From a virus: a DNA stretch of 64,000 nt. Below the pieces are notes generated by a model. The model worked only from the letters and a program-made list of their open reading frames with translations, did not search any database and was not told the origin of the DNA. Each line of letters begins with the position of its first letter. The first letter of the stretch is position 1. The position numbers were made by a program, and so were the translations under genes. The stretch lies in the IMG/VR virus record IMGVR_UViG_3300027085_000001, one strand, 5' to 3'. This document shows, piece after piece, positions 27,611 through 37,021 of the stretch.

Positions 27611-29623
27611 CTATTCGTCATCGTCATCGACGTATTTTTCAGGATTCTGTTTCACTTTGACCAGCTTCTCCTTGAGTGAGATGAAGTCATCTTCAACAAG
27701 AGAGAATGCAGTGAACGGAACATTGCGCTCATAATCATCAAGAGCTCGAAGCAATCGAGTTGCTTCTTCTTTAGCATCCCACTTCTGAGTGCTTGATTCG
27801 ACCTGCAGAACGCCCTTCTCATTTGGAGAAGTCTTTCCGCAGACATGCTCATGCAAATCCTTGATGCGTCCATGTAATTTGCTTGGTTCTTCAAAGTGTT
27901 CAGTCTTCACAGATGGGTACTTCTTTGCAAGTTCTCCATACTGTTTCATGATTGCCATGATGACGTCTTTACCAAGTCCGGAGAGTGCTTGAACATTTCG
28001 AACATCAAACATGTTCGTTCTGCCACTCATTTGAACTCGGACGTATCGTCGGAACTCATCTTCAGAGACATCAGTTGCAGATTCATGCATCTTCTTTACT
28101 TTCTCAGAATAGCTCTCATCCTCAGCATCGTCATCATCTTCGAATGCCGGCTTGTGAGAGTCACCTGACTTGTAGTCTTTGTGATGGTTATCTAAGAAAT
28201 CGTCAACCCAAGAAGCATCTCCGAATCGGAGTCGCCACATAGCGAGCTTGCCAACATTTGGGTGAGCACTAGAATCAAAGAGAAGCACGAGGTCAGTTCT
28301 GCCACCACTTCCTTTGATGTTATCAGAAAGCTTTGAGACGAGTTTGAATACACGAGGTACCTTCTCATCAACGATGCCTTCATCCTTGAGCATCTTTGCA
28401 ATGCCATCAGCCCATTCTGATGCGCTTCCACCAGCACCAAGCAAGACAAGACCAAGCTCGTTCTTATGGCCTGTGAGTTGTGCAAATGTCATTGAACCAG
28501 CAGACGGTTCACTCTCTTTGAGTGACTCAGCCTTCTTTAGAATCTTACCTGACTTATCAAGGTACCCAGCATCAATGAGTGCCTGAGCTTGTCGCCCATA
28601 CATACCTTGTAAGCTCCAAGCTTGTCCGCTCTTCACGAGTTTACTAAAGAATTGTAATTCTTCTTGAGCACTCATCTCGCCGGCTTCCCACTTCATAACA
28701 TCAGAAACGATATCTTCTTTATGAACTGATTCACTAGCACTCTTCTGAATCAGCTGGTAGAGTTGCTTTGCCTCTTCAGGAGAGAGCTCAGGATATGCAG
28801 AGTAGAGGTCATCTACATCGTACTCTCTGCGGTCATCAAGAAGGTCATTCTTCTTAATCATCTTGAAGACGGCTTGCACTTTAGAAGTAGCTGCTTCTTC
28901 CCAATCGTTGGGGTCATTCGTCATACGAGCAGGATTGCTCTTGCTCTTCTTCATTGAGGGAGCAGGGTCTTCAGGAGCTGACTCCTTCTTTGCTTGGTCA
29001 ATCAGCTTCTGCCAACCAGCAGCAGTATAATCAGAAGGCTTCCAAGTGAATGGTGGGTAGTCGTATCCACACATCTTGGCATACTTCTTCATGAGCGTCT
29101 CACGTGGGTCCATTGCCTCTTCAACACGAGCCTTCATTTCTTCGATAGGCTTCTTGAGAACAGACTCTGTAAGCTTGTTAAGCTTGTTAAGCTTCTCTTT
29201 CTTGACGGATGAGATGTAAGAACGGTATGCGCGTATTGCCGCACTAGCGAGCTCGATTGCCTGGTCTGCAGTCAGACCATCATCTTCGCTTTGAATGAAT
29301 GAGCGGACTTCTCCCGGATTGGGTTCATCTTCTCCTTCAGCAATGCGCTTCTTGATGTACTTCGTTGCTTTCTTGACGAGGTCTTCCTTCTCGTCTTCCG
29401 AAATAAGGATGCCCTCCGCCAGTGTGTTGATTCGACTTCTGATAGATTCGTGCATGGGGCTCTTCCTCCTCATCTTTACCCACTTATCGAGGGCATTCTT
29501 CGCTTCAACAGGTGAGAGTCCGAACATCTTCATGACCAATCTCACGTCGATGGCGTCAATACCTGTGGACTTCGACACTTGGTCAAAGTACTCATCAGGA
29601 GAAGCGAAATCCTCTCTTATCAT
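27611..29623 (-). CDS. large charged hypothetical head-module protein
   Basis: 670 aa; acidic C-terminus (DDDDAEDESYSEKV ... DDDDE); directly downstream of late promoter copy 29647-29663. Confidence 0.35.
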   Translation of the reverse strand: MIREDFASPDEYFDQVSKSTGIDAIDVRLVMKMFGLSPVEAKNALDKWVKMRRKSPMHESIRSRINTLAEGILISEDEKEDLVKKATKYIKKRIAEGEDEPNPGEVRSFIQSEDDGLTADQAIELASAAIRAYRSYISSVKKEKLNKLNKLTESVLKKPIEEMKARVEEAMDPRETLMKKYAKMCGYDYPPFTWKPSDYTAAGWQKLIDQAKKESAPEDPAPSMKKSKSNPARMTNDPNDWEEAATSKVQAVFKMIKKNDLLDDRREYDVDDLYSAYPELSPEEAKQLYQLIQKSASESVHKEDIVSDVMKWEAGEMSAQEELQFFSKLVKSGQAWSLQGMYGRQAQALIDAGYLDKSGKILKKAESLKESEPSAGSMTFAQLTGHKNELGLVLLGAGGSASEWADGIAKMLKDEGIVDEKVPRVFKLVSKLSDNIKGSGGRTDLVLLFDSSAHPNVGKLAMWRLRFGDASWVDDFLDNHHKDYKSGDSHKPAFEDDDDAEDESYSEKVKKMHESATDVSEDEFRRYVRVQMSGRTNMFDVRNVQALSGLGKDVIMAIMKQYGELAKKYPSVKTEHFEEPSKLHGRIKDLHEHVCGKTSPNEKGVLQVESSTQKWDAKEEATRLLRALDDYERNVPFTAFSLVEDDFISLKEKLVKVKQNPEKYVDDDDE

Positions 29624-29646
29624 AGTAAGATATGCAGTGACCGGAC

Positions 29647-29663
29647 TATTTAAAAATATTCAC
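29647..29663 (-). promoter_or_regulatory. late promoter motif copy
   Basis: TGAATATTTTTAAATAG; 24 nt upstream of ORF 27611..29623; contains the stop codon of the wHTH gene. Confidence 0.5.
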
Positions 29664-29869
29664 TTCGGATGCTTGATGGCTATGTAATATTTCTGTCTTG
29701 GGCTCCGTCCTTCGATATGAACCCAGTCTTTCATCTTCACGAGCTTCGCCTTCTCAAGCCATCTGACCAGATGCCAGCTTTCGCTGTTCGACAATCCAAA
29801 CTTTTCCGCGATATCCTGACGGCTATGCTCGTGCTCAAGATATGCTAGAACTTCTTCAACGTGAGCCAT
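29660..29869 (-). CDS. winged helix-turn-helix DNA-binding protein (putative transcription regulator)
   Basis: 69 aa; DIAEKFGLSNSESWHLVRWLEKAKLV is an HTH-like segment followed by a beta wing; stop codon lies inside a late promoter motif. Confidence 0.4.
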   Translation of the reverse strand: MAHVEEVLAYLEHEHSRQDIAEKFGLSNSESWHLVRWLEKAKLVKMKDWVHIEGRSPRQKYYIAIKHPK

Positions 29870-30323
29870 TCAATGCAGCACCCCATATTTCTTTAGCTCG
29901 CTTGGACTTATCATACTCAGTCTCAAGTTGTTGCTTCAACTGCTGCATTTGGGCTTCGATTGCTTTCACTGCGTCGGCTTCGAACGATTCAATGTTCTCA
30001 AGCCAGTCCTGCTTTCTCTTGCACTCTTCCTTCCACTTCCGCAACACTTCTTCGTCGGTCATCGCTAAATCTTGAAGAACTTGAGAGTGCATGACTTGAA
30101 CTTGTTGGTGAGCCTCATCTTTTGCCTGATTCACCTTGTTGTCCATGTCAGCAAGAACACCTTCTATCTGCTCGACTTGTCGAGTGAACGTCTCAATCAT
30201 ATTCTTGACGTTGTCCTCGAAGTACTCCTGCTTTACAGTGAGCTCGTAGAAAGTTCGACCTTCACGGTCTACTGGCACAATGCTTCGTTGTGTTTCTCGT
30301 ATAAAATCTTGTACTTCATCCAT
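29856..30323 (-). CDS. coiled-coil hypothetical protein
   Basis: 155 aa highly helical charged ORF after portal gene. Confidence 0.3.
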   Translation of the reverse strand: MDEVQDFIRETQRSIVPVDREGRTFYELTVKQEYFEDNVKNMIETFTRQVEQIEGVLADMDNKVNQAKDEAHQQVQVMHSQVLQDLAMTDEEVLRKWKEECKRKQDWLENIESFEADAVKAIEAQMQQLKQQLETEYDKSKRAKEIWGAALNGSR

Positions 30324-30355
30324 GTTACTTCACCTTCATCGCCTTTTCGGCTTGT

Positions 30356-32533
30356 CTATTCAACAGCTAAGATTGCAGTGCATCTGCAGTTGACTGCTGA
30401 ACCGGGATAAGAGTCTTCTGTGAGTGGAGCTTTGCCAGTCAGCGCAGTTGAGATATCGTATACTTTCATGTTGCGCTTCTTGTGTAGCTCACGGACCTTT
30501 GCATCGTTCATTGTCACCCATTGGAATTTTGAGAATCCCTGCTCCTGCCATTTGATGAGGCGGAGAAGGTTTGTGCTCTTACCAATCTCAGTGCGGATGA
30601 TTCGCTCTATCTCATAGTCTTGGGGGTTGGCTGCCTTCTTGTACTTGTTGATGACGTCCTTTACCTCAGACTTGATTTGAGCATGTGTCTTGTTTGCGGC
30701 AATACCTGCTGTTACCACGCTTCTGACTTCTTGCAGCTTCTTCTGATTGAAGACCTTGAGCTGTGCTTCAAAGTTCTGCATCATCAAGTCTGCTTTCTGT
30801 CGAAGCTTCTTTTCAAGAGCAGCATCATTCACGTGAGTGTCCATTCCGCCACGAGTGTCAGGCTTGAGAATATGAGCCATCACTTCATCGAATGCAGTCT
30901 GTGTGAGAGCAGAGATGGTTGTGTCGAATTGACTCATCGTCTCATCGAGCTTCTGGATGACTTTCGGGTTCGCTCCAATCTTCTCAATCTGGATTCGCGA
31001 TTTGTCGAACTGGCTGAAGAACTTCTCAACGAGCTTATCAAACTCCTCGTCGGCAGTTTCATTGATACGTTGGGAGAGCTCATCTTCAGGACTCGCAGGA
31101 GACTCGTGAGGCTCCTTCGCTTCTTTATGCGAACCCTCTATTGAATAACGAAAAGAAGAACCACCAGCCGGAGCAACAGGTGCTGACTGAGTTTGTAACT
31201 CTGGAGTAGGTGCAGTCGTCTGTGTAGAACCACCTTCGGGTGTTCCTGTGATTGCCTGACCATCTTTGCCAGTGCCGCCAGTAGGAATCGGTGGCATGCC
31301 TGCAACCTGTCTCAATTCATTGACTGTTATTACTCCGCGGTCATACAGACTCATTGCGGTGTTCATCTTCTCTGAGCGTGTCTCAAAGTCGATTGCGCCA
31401 AAGATGAATGATGCATCCTCAGCAATCCACGGATACCGTAGGCGAAGCTCGCCAATGATTTCCTTATTGAGATAGTTGATGATGTCATCTCGCAATGACT
31501 GCAGCTTGTATTCAAAGACAACACGAACCTCTTCACTCGTTGCACGATTGACGTCACTGTTCCACGGAGTGAGGTAGTTCGGAACGAGTCCGCTTGTCAC
31601 GTCACGTCTGAGCCAATCAATCGGGGCACTCATGTCGTCGTATTCACCGACGTTGCTGAGCGTATCAATCTGATGCGGCTTGTTGATGATGATGTGCTCA
31701 CTGTCCCTCTTCTGTTGAAGGTCCTGCGTGAGATTGTTGATGTCCTCTGGCGTAGCCGGGTTCGCCTCATCTCCTACTGAGATGATTTTGCTATTGAGCG
31801 CCCTGTATCGTGAAATGATAGACCAGTTCTTCACAATCTCATTGACGATTTGTGTGTCATCAATAATGGAGGCAGTGAAGCTTCGTCCGTAAATCATGTC
31901 TCGTGACCAGCCCCACTTGAAATGTCGAATCTTGCTCTTGTGAATAGCAATGCCGTACACACTTCGTCTGAAGATAGTGCTCGATGCCATGACGTAGTTG
32001 ATGAACCAGAATTTCGGCCTCATCTGTACGAGCTCTCCTCGTAGGTCAGAGAACGGATAGGTCTTCAACTCAGTTGGCACTTCGTAAATCCACCAGTCGT
32101 CTTCGTTATTCGAAACGAGGTTGCGGTAGACACGAGCTGAGTCAGTGATTGGGAAGAAGTTATCGAGAATGAGTGAACCGTCAGTCATTGGGCGGTATGA
32201 GAACTCAAGATATCCATTGCCGGTGACGAGGGCAGAGATAAGGAACTGATGCAGTTGCTTCTTGTGCTCAGGTCGTTGTGAGAGCCACTTCTTGAGGAAC
32301 TCAACTGTCCGTGGGTCTTTGCTTGACACACCGACGTCGTTGCCGAGAATGAAGAGAGCGATTTGCTCGATACCAGAATTGACCTGTGGTCGAGTAAGAT
32401 ACGCCTTCGTTGCTTGCTCCATCTCCTCATGAGGAGTACGTTGTGTTTCGTCATCAAAGAGGCCTTTGCCAAATCTCAACGCGCCCAGTCGCGTGACGAA
32501 CTGCTTGGGTGTGAATAGTTCACTGAATCTCAT
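30356..32533 (-). CDS. portal protein fused to Mu F-like (SPP1 gp7 family) minor head protein domain
   Basis: 725 aa; follows TerL; C-terminal WQEQGFSKFQWVTMNDAKVRELHKKRN...NCRC is the signature region of Mu F-like head morphogenesis proteins. Confidence 0.55.
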   Translation of the reverse strand: MRFSELFTPKQFVTRLGALRFGKGLFDDETQRTPHEEMEQATKAYLTRPQVNSGIEQIALFILGNDVGVSSKDPRTVEFLKKWLSQRPEHKKQLHQFLISALVTGNGYLEFSYRPMTDGSLILDNFFPITDSARVYRNLVSNNEDDWWIYEVPTELKTYPFSDLRGELVQMRPKFWFINYVMASSTIFRRSVYGIAIHKSKIRHFKWGWSRDMIYGRSFTASIIDDTQIVNEIVKNWSIISRYRALNSKIISVGDEANPATPEDINNLTQDLQQKRDSEHIIINKPHQIDTLSNVGEYDDMSAPIDWLRRDVTSGLVPNYLTPWNSDVNRATSEEVRVVFEYKLQSLRDDIINYLNKEIIGELRLRYPWIAEDASFIFGAIDFETRSEKMNTAMSLYDRGVITVNELRQVAGMPPIPTGGTGKDGQAITGTPEGGSTQTTAPTPELQTQSAPVAPAGGSSFRYSIEGSHKEAKEPHESPASPEDELSQRINETADEEFDKLVEKFFSQFDKSRIQIEKIGANPKVIQKLDETMSQFDTTISALTQTAFDEVMAHILKPDTRGGMDTHVNDAALEKKLRQKADLMMQNFEAQLKVFNQKKLQEVRSVVTAGIAANKTHAQIKSEVKDVINKYKKAANPQDYEIERIIRTEIGKSTNLLRLIKWQEQGFSKFQWVTMNDAKVRELHKKRNMKVYDISTALTGKAPLTEDSYPGSAVNCRCTAILAVE

Positions 32534-32545
32534 CGGTCACCACCT

Positions 32546-32770
32546 TCATTTCCTCACTGCATAGAGCTTGCCCATAAATGCTGCTACTTCAGCGATTGTA
32601 AAGTAGAGAGCGATGCTCACAAGGATAAGAGGAATCGAGATGCGTCGTTCGTAGAAGAAAAACAGGATGACGAAGATACAACCTATGAAGAAGAGAGCTT
32701 CAATGATTGGTTGAGCCACTGATAGCTTTGCACCGAGGGTGCGCAACTTGGCTGAGAGCTTGGCATTCAT
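32546..32770 (-). CDS. small membrane protein
   Basis: 74 aa, two hydrophobic helices. Confidence 0.3.
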   Translation of the reverse strand: MNAKLSAKLRTLGAKLSVAQPIIEALFFIGCIFVILFFFYERRISIPLILVSIALYFTIAEVAAFMGKLYAVRK

Positions 32771-32790
32771 TTAAATTACCTTAGGGACAC

Positions 32791-32808
32791 TTGCATATAA
32801 AAATATTC
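32791..32808 (-). promoter_or_regulatory. early-type TATA promoter motif directly after the TerL stop codon
   Basis: transcribed strand TAAGAATATTTTTATATG, 22 nt before ATG of 32546..32770. Confidence 0.35.
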
Positions 32809-34386
32809 TTATTGGTGTTTCTTCAACCACTTGATTTTATCACCCAGAGTCATCTGTGGTGGCGTTGTGATAGCCTGCGTCAAGACCTCTGTCGTCATGA
32901 TTTGAGGTTCATCTGATGGTTCAGGCCGTGAGAGGTTTGAGTGCATTGGTTGCATACCGATTGATGCATATGAGAGAGGCAAGAGTGCCATAGCATTAGC
33001 AAACAAGATGTCGCCGTGACCGGTTGAGTCTTCTTTCACATTGAAGTCGTAGGTCATCATCGTCATGTGATGCTCTTGCAAGTCGTCATCAATCAACTCG
33101 ACCTTGCCGCTCTCCATCAAGTTCTTCATGTTGACAAGCATGAAGTCACGTATCTTTGCACGCTGCTTATACTCACCTGTGCGAACACTCGAAGCAAAGC
33201 TGATACCTCTTGTGATAGCCGGTAGCTCTTTCTTCACGTACTCGTAGAGACCGAGTCCGAGACCAGTCTCATCGATAGCAACTCTCACGCATGTAGAGAA
33301 GACCCTGGCGATTTGTACAATGAGCCTCACCTGCGTTGGAATGTCCTTACCGCGAATTGCAAAGAGTGCGCGCTGCACGAAGATGTCATCTTCATCGAGT
33401 TGTTCAAAGACAGAGATAGCAGTGAAGTGGCTTGAGCGTGCTACATCAACACCGATGAAGACTTTATTCTTCGTCTGGTACGTGTAGTTTGAATCGAGCT
33501 CGATATCCTTTGCTAAGTTGACAAGGTCAGGGTTCTGGCATCGCACAACAAGTGAGAGAGGATAGAAGGCTAAGCTATCATCGATGAATGAGCACATGTA
33601 CTCTTGCTCGAAAAGAGTTTGGTCTCGCAGTCGCCGCTCTTCAAGCTTTCGTAAGTCAATCCACGGTGCAATAGGTTCTAGGTCTTGGGTGAGAATTGAT
33701 TGGCTGGGATTGAATTTATACGGGTCAAAGACCGGCAGCGAGTAGAAAGAGAAGCCAGCAGGATTCTTGCAAAGGTCAGCAAAGCTGTTGTGTCGGCCAT
33801 TCGGCGTACTGCCGATGACGACTTGACCAAGCCTTCCCTGCATGGTATCTTGAACAGCAACGAGCAGTGCCTTGTCGTTGTTCTGGAATGCGTACTCATC
33901 AATCAAGGCGCGAATGAGTCGTCGTCCTCTGACAGCATCAGCAGCATTACCTGAAGGATATGCACGAATGACTGTGTTTGTCTCGCGGAAGTAAATCTCA
34001 GTCTCCTTGATATCAACCATCTTCATGATGTCAGGGACCTTGCAGTTACGAATGACCCATGCCATCGTCTTGAGAATATCTTGCGCTCCTCGAAAGCGTT
34101 GTGAGATGACTGGAAGAATCTGGTCTTTGAAAGACATTGCTGTGACAACGAAGTCAATAGCGAATGATGTTGTGAATGAGATACCTCTCGCCTTGACGGC
34201 AAGTATGTCTGGAGCCTCCTCATCTAAGATGTTGATGCTCTCTGCATGCCACTCCTTCTGATAGGGTGTCATGACGTATGGAATGGGCACGCCGCGTTGG
34301 TCTTGCACTTGAAAGAGTTCTTCAAGAAGGCGACAGTACTGCTCGCCAGAAAGAGTCAACTGCTTCGTGCCAGTATACCACACCAT
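32809..34386 (-). CDS. terminase large subunit
   Basis: 525 aa; Walker B LIRALIDEYAF; C-terminal RNase H-like nuclease motifs FIGVDVARSS and AIDETGLGLG. Confidence 0.8.
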   Translation of the reverse strand: MVWYTGTKQLTLSGEQYCRLLEELFQVQDQRGVPIPYVMTPYQKEWHAESINILDEEAPDILAVKARGISFTTSFAIDFVVTAMSFKDQILPVISQRFRGAQDILKTMAWVIRNCKVPDIMKMVDIKETEIYFRETNTVIRAYPSGNAADAVRGRRLIRALIDEYAFQNNDKALLVAVQDTMQGRLGQVVIGSTPNGRHNSFADLCKNPAGFSFYSLPVFDPYKFNPSQSILTQDLEPIAPWIDLRKLEERRLRDQTLFEQEYMCSFIDDSLAFYPLSLVVRCQNPDLVNLAKDIELDSNYTYQTKNKVFIGVDVARSSHFTAISVFEQLDEDDIFVQRALFAIRGKDIPTQVRLIVQIARVFSTCVRVAIDETGLGLGLYEYVKKELPAITRGISFASSVRTGEYKQRAKIRDFMLVNMKNLMESGKVELIDDDLQEHHMTMMTYDFNVKEDSTGHGDILFANAMALLPLSYASIGMQPMHSNLSRPEPSDEPQIMTTEVLTQAITTPPQMTLGDKIKWLKKHQ

Positions 34387-34394
34387 ACTTTCCC

Positions 34395-34652
34395 TCAGTG
34401 TCTAATCTGCGGTACAAGTCTCTTGCCCACAGCATCTCTCGTAATGAGAAAGCGTGGATACTCTTGCACCGTCTTCTCTTCTATCTGCGTGATAGCAATG
34501 AGCTCAGACCGTATCGTCAGAACGAGCTCATCTTCTCCGGTCTCCTTTGACCGCTTCCACTTCCCTGAGACAATCTCGGGGTACACATGTCGAAACACCT
34601 TGATGATGTCTCGTTGGGTGAACACGACACCCTTCTCCTCATTTAACGCCAT
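34395..34652 (-). CDS. hypothetical protein
   Basis: 85 aa ORF just upstream of TerL. Confidence 0.25.
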   Translation of the reverse strand: MALNEEKGVVFTQRDIIKVFRHVYPEIVSGKWKRSKETGEDELVLTIRSELIAITQIEEKTVQEYPRFLITRDAVGKRLVPQIRH

Positions 34653-35361
34653 CCGCCACCACCTCTCCTTTCACTGTCAATGCTGGTCGTTCTGGCTCAC
34701 GCTTGATTCTGTCAAGCAGATTTGCCATACTAAAAGAGCCTTCGACTGTAATGGAGAGGCGGTCTCGAGTCATGTCATCGAGCGCTTTAAGCGTGTCGAC
34801 GAGGAGCTTCGAGTACTCGGCCTTTGCTTTCAATGATGGATGCACAGTTGCGATGCGTGCTCCGTTCTTTCCAATGAAGAGTGGGAAGAGGTCTTCCTCA
34901 CCCATGACTGATTCAACTCGCATACTGATGAGCAGTTGTTGCGATAGCTCACGAGCGAGCATGAGAACACGAGCGTCAGTGATGTCGTAGACAACACCAA
35001 GAGAATCAATGAGATTATAGATTGCCTGTTGCTCAAAGGGACAGACTGAGTCACCATGCATTTGAGCAATCGCGTTGAGTGCAAACTCCTGCCGCTTCCA
35101 ATCGAGTGTTGCCTTTGAGACACGCATCTCAATCAGTTTGCCTCGAAGAGCATCCCACTCATCAAGAATATCATCAGAGAAGCCGAGGTCTCCATCGCCC
35201 TCATCGATATGTTCGAGGACGTACGAGCGCAGTTTTGATAAGCCAGGGCATGTGCGAACGTGCTCTACACTAGACAACCGAGGCAGAACGATGTTGAGCC
35301 GCGTGATGGCCAGTTGAGCACTCGGACTTCGAGGTTCAGTGACTACTGGTAGATGCATCAA
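34639..35361 (-). CDS. hypothetical protein, positional candidate for terminase small subunit
   Basis: 240 aa ORF preceding TerL; early-type TATA motif immediately upstream; assignment by position only. Confidence 0.2.
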   Translation of the reverse strand: MMHLPVVTEPRSPSAQLAITRLNIVLPRLSSVEHVRTCPGLSKLRSYVLEHIDEGDGDLGFSDDILDEWDALRGKLIEMRVSKATLDWKRQEFALNAIAQMHGDSVCPFEQQAIYNLIDSLGVVYDITDARVLMLARELSQQLLISMRVESVMGEEDLFPLFIGKNGARIATVHPSLKAKAEYSKLLVDTLKALDDMTRDRLSITVEGSFSMANLLDRIKREPERPALTVKGEVVADGVK

Positions 35362-35364
35362 ATT

Positions 35365-35394
35365 CTATAGATAGCTCTAGCTTTATAAATATTG
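35365..35394 (-). promoter_or_regulatory. early-type TATA promoter motif
   Basis: CAATATTTATAAAGCTAGAGCTATCTATAG on transcribed strand; related copy at 36203-36230 upstream of denV. Confidence 0.35.
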
Positions 35395-35595
35395 TCATAC
35401 TCGAGATATGAGTTCCTTTGCTTGCTTGAGTGGGAATGGCATACCACCAGTCATGATGATGTTCTCATCGACTGCTTGATTGTACCCATTGCCTGTGCCA
35501 ATGTACGCTTTCTCCTCGAATCCATTGTGCATCAGAACGATGCCAATGACACCAAACCAGACGCTGCCAATGATTACATGTTTTGATTGATTCAT
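35395..35595 (-). CDS. small membrane protein
   Basis: 66 aa with one hydrophobic helix. Confidence 0.25.
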   Translation of the reverse strand: MNQSKHVIIGSVWFGVIGIVLMHNGFEEKAYIGTGNGYNQAVDENIIMTGGMPFPLKQAKELISRV

Positions 35596-35828
35596 CGCTT
35601 CACCTTCTCTTGCATGCTACAGGTGTAGCACTTGCCATACTTCTCGAAGTTCTCCTTCGTCATCTTGCTCTTGCACTTTGGGCAGCGAACCATCTCGCCT
35701 CCCTTGAACGGAACGACTGGCCCACGGAGTATCTCTCGCTCCTTCTGTGGGAATGACTTCAACCTCATACACCTCGTGTTCTGACTTGGCTCTGCAAGTC
35801 TGAATAAGGAAAACCATATTGTTGACAT
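35592..35828 (-). CDS. zinc-ribbon protein
   Basis: CPKC...CYTC pairs; true start probably internal Met. Confidence 0.25.
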   Translation of the reverse strand: MSTIWFSLFRLAEPSQNTRCMRLKSFPQKEREILRGPVVPFKGGEMVRCPKCKSKMTKENFEKYGKCYTCSMQEKVKR

Positions 35829-36196
35829 CTCTGAATGATGCGTGCCTTGACGAGCTCGAAGTCGCGCTGGCGTGGCTGCCAGTCATTTGCGAGCTGTATA
35901 AGGGTACAGTTGTCGACACCTTGTAGATTCTTGTGGAATTTGCTACGGTCTGTGTATCGCCCTCTACGCTCACATTCAGTACAGACAGCTTCCCACCGGC
36001 GATGCAGATAGACGAGCTTGTCTTTGAAGAAGTTGATGTGTCCTTTGCCGAGCGTGTACTCAGTAGGCCACGGCTTCTTACATGGAGTAGGATGTGCACG
36101 GACATGCCCACAGAGCTTGAGGATTTCGTTGTACTCAGCTCCGAGGTGCTTGTCGTGTAGATAGCGGGGATTGACTCCCACATTGATTCTGACCAT
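35765..36196 (-). CDS. denV: pyrimidine-dimer DNA glycosylase (T4 endonuclease V family)
   Basis: 143 aa; MVRINVGVNPRYLHDKHLGAEYNEILKLCGHVRAH...LGKGHINFFKDKLVYLHRRW...ECERRG aligns by eye with T4 endoV ([33 protein letters not shown]...[20 protein letters not shown]...ECLKRG). Confidence 0.7.
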   Translation of the reverse strand: MVRINVGVNPRYLHDKHLGAEYNEILKLCGHVRAHPTPCKKPWPTEYTLGKGHINFFKDKLVYLHRRWEAVCTECERRGRYTDRSKFHKNLQGVDNCTLIQLANDWQPRQRDFELVKARIIQRCQQYGFPYSDLQSQVRTRGV

Positions 36197-36202
36197 ACAC
36201 TA

Positions 36203-36230
36203 CGATATCTCTATAGCTTTATATATTTTC
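36203..36230 (-). promoter_or_regulatory. early-type TATA promoter motif upstream of denV-like gene
   Basis: AAATATATAAAGCTATAGAG about 20 nt before ATG. Confidence 0.35.
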
Positions 36231-36287
36231 CTCATAGTAGTACAATGGTAGTATGCTTTGACATAAGTATGTGTTTTCACATAAGCA

Positions 36288-36512
36288 TCAGAAACCAATC
36301 CGGAAGTGCCACACAATCGTTGAGATGACGATGCCAATGAGTGCACCAATCGCAAGCAGAATGAAGTCACGCTTCGTTGTCTTCCAGCTGATGTCCATGT
36401 TTCTTCCTCCGACATGAGTCGCAGATTTCTCTGTTCGTTGTCGCCGACGTGCAGACGAAGAAGTTCTTGCAACCTGGACGTGAGCACTTTTTCTTGTATG
36501 TGATTGGTTCAT
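36288..36512 (-). CDS. small membrane protein
   Basis: 74 aa, basic N-terminus, C-terminal transmembrane helix. Confidence 0.3.
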   Translation of the reverse strand: MNQSHTRKSAHVQVARTSSSARRRQRTEKSATHVGGRNMDISWKTTKRDFILLAIGALIGIVISTIVWHFRIGF

Positions 36513-37015
36513 GCTTTTCCCTTACCATCTTTCTTCTCCATGTTTGCAAAGAGAGTCCCAAAGAAGGCGGTGTTCTCCTTCTTGAGCTTCAGGTACAATT
36601 CCTTGTCCTCCTTCTTCACAAAGAAGGCAGCATTGCATGTGTTGCATCGAAAGTAGTGCACCTCATCATGTTGTCCGGTTGAGGTTGTTCGACTCTGCAT
36701 GCTTGGCTCAATCTTATGATAGCCCTTCTTGCAGTGCTTGCGCTCTTGATGCTTTTGCTTCCGCTCAGCGAACCACAACCAGAGACTCCACTTCTTGACG
36801 GTCATCCACCACGAGATGTCATCCTTCTTCTGGCTTACCCACGACGAACAGGTCGTTGAGTTCGAGAAGTTGATGTCTGATACCGTAGCCGTCACTGATG
36901 TCGAGTAGGTATGGTTTGTCGCCGTACCTGTTGATACAGTATATGAGTGGCTAAGGCCAGCCGATGGCAGAGGCGGTTTTCCTGCTCGTTTAGAGCGTAT
37001 CTTCTTCTTACCCAT
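36509..37015 (-). CDS. Ser/Thr-rich protein with C-terminal zinc-finger-like motif
   Basis: 168 aa; basic N-terminus, S/T low-complexity, Trp-rich amphipathic segment, HCKKGYH...CNTC. Confidence 0.3.
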   Translation of the reverse strand: MGKKKIRSKRAGKPPLPSAGLSHSYTVSTGTATNHTYSTSVTATVSDINFSNSTTCSSWVSQKKDDISWWMTVKKWSLWLWFAERKQKHQERKHCKKGYHKIEPSMQSRTTSTGQHDEVHYFRCNTCNAAFFVKKEDKELYLKLKKENTAFFGTLFANMEKKDGKGKA

Positions 37016-37021
37016 AGTGAA

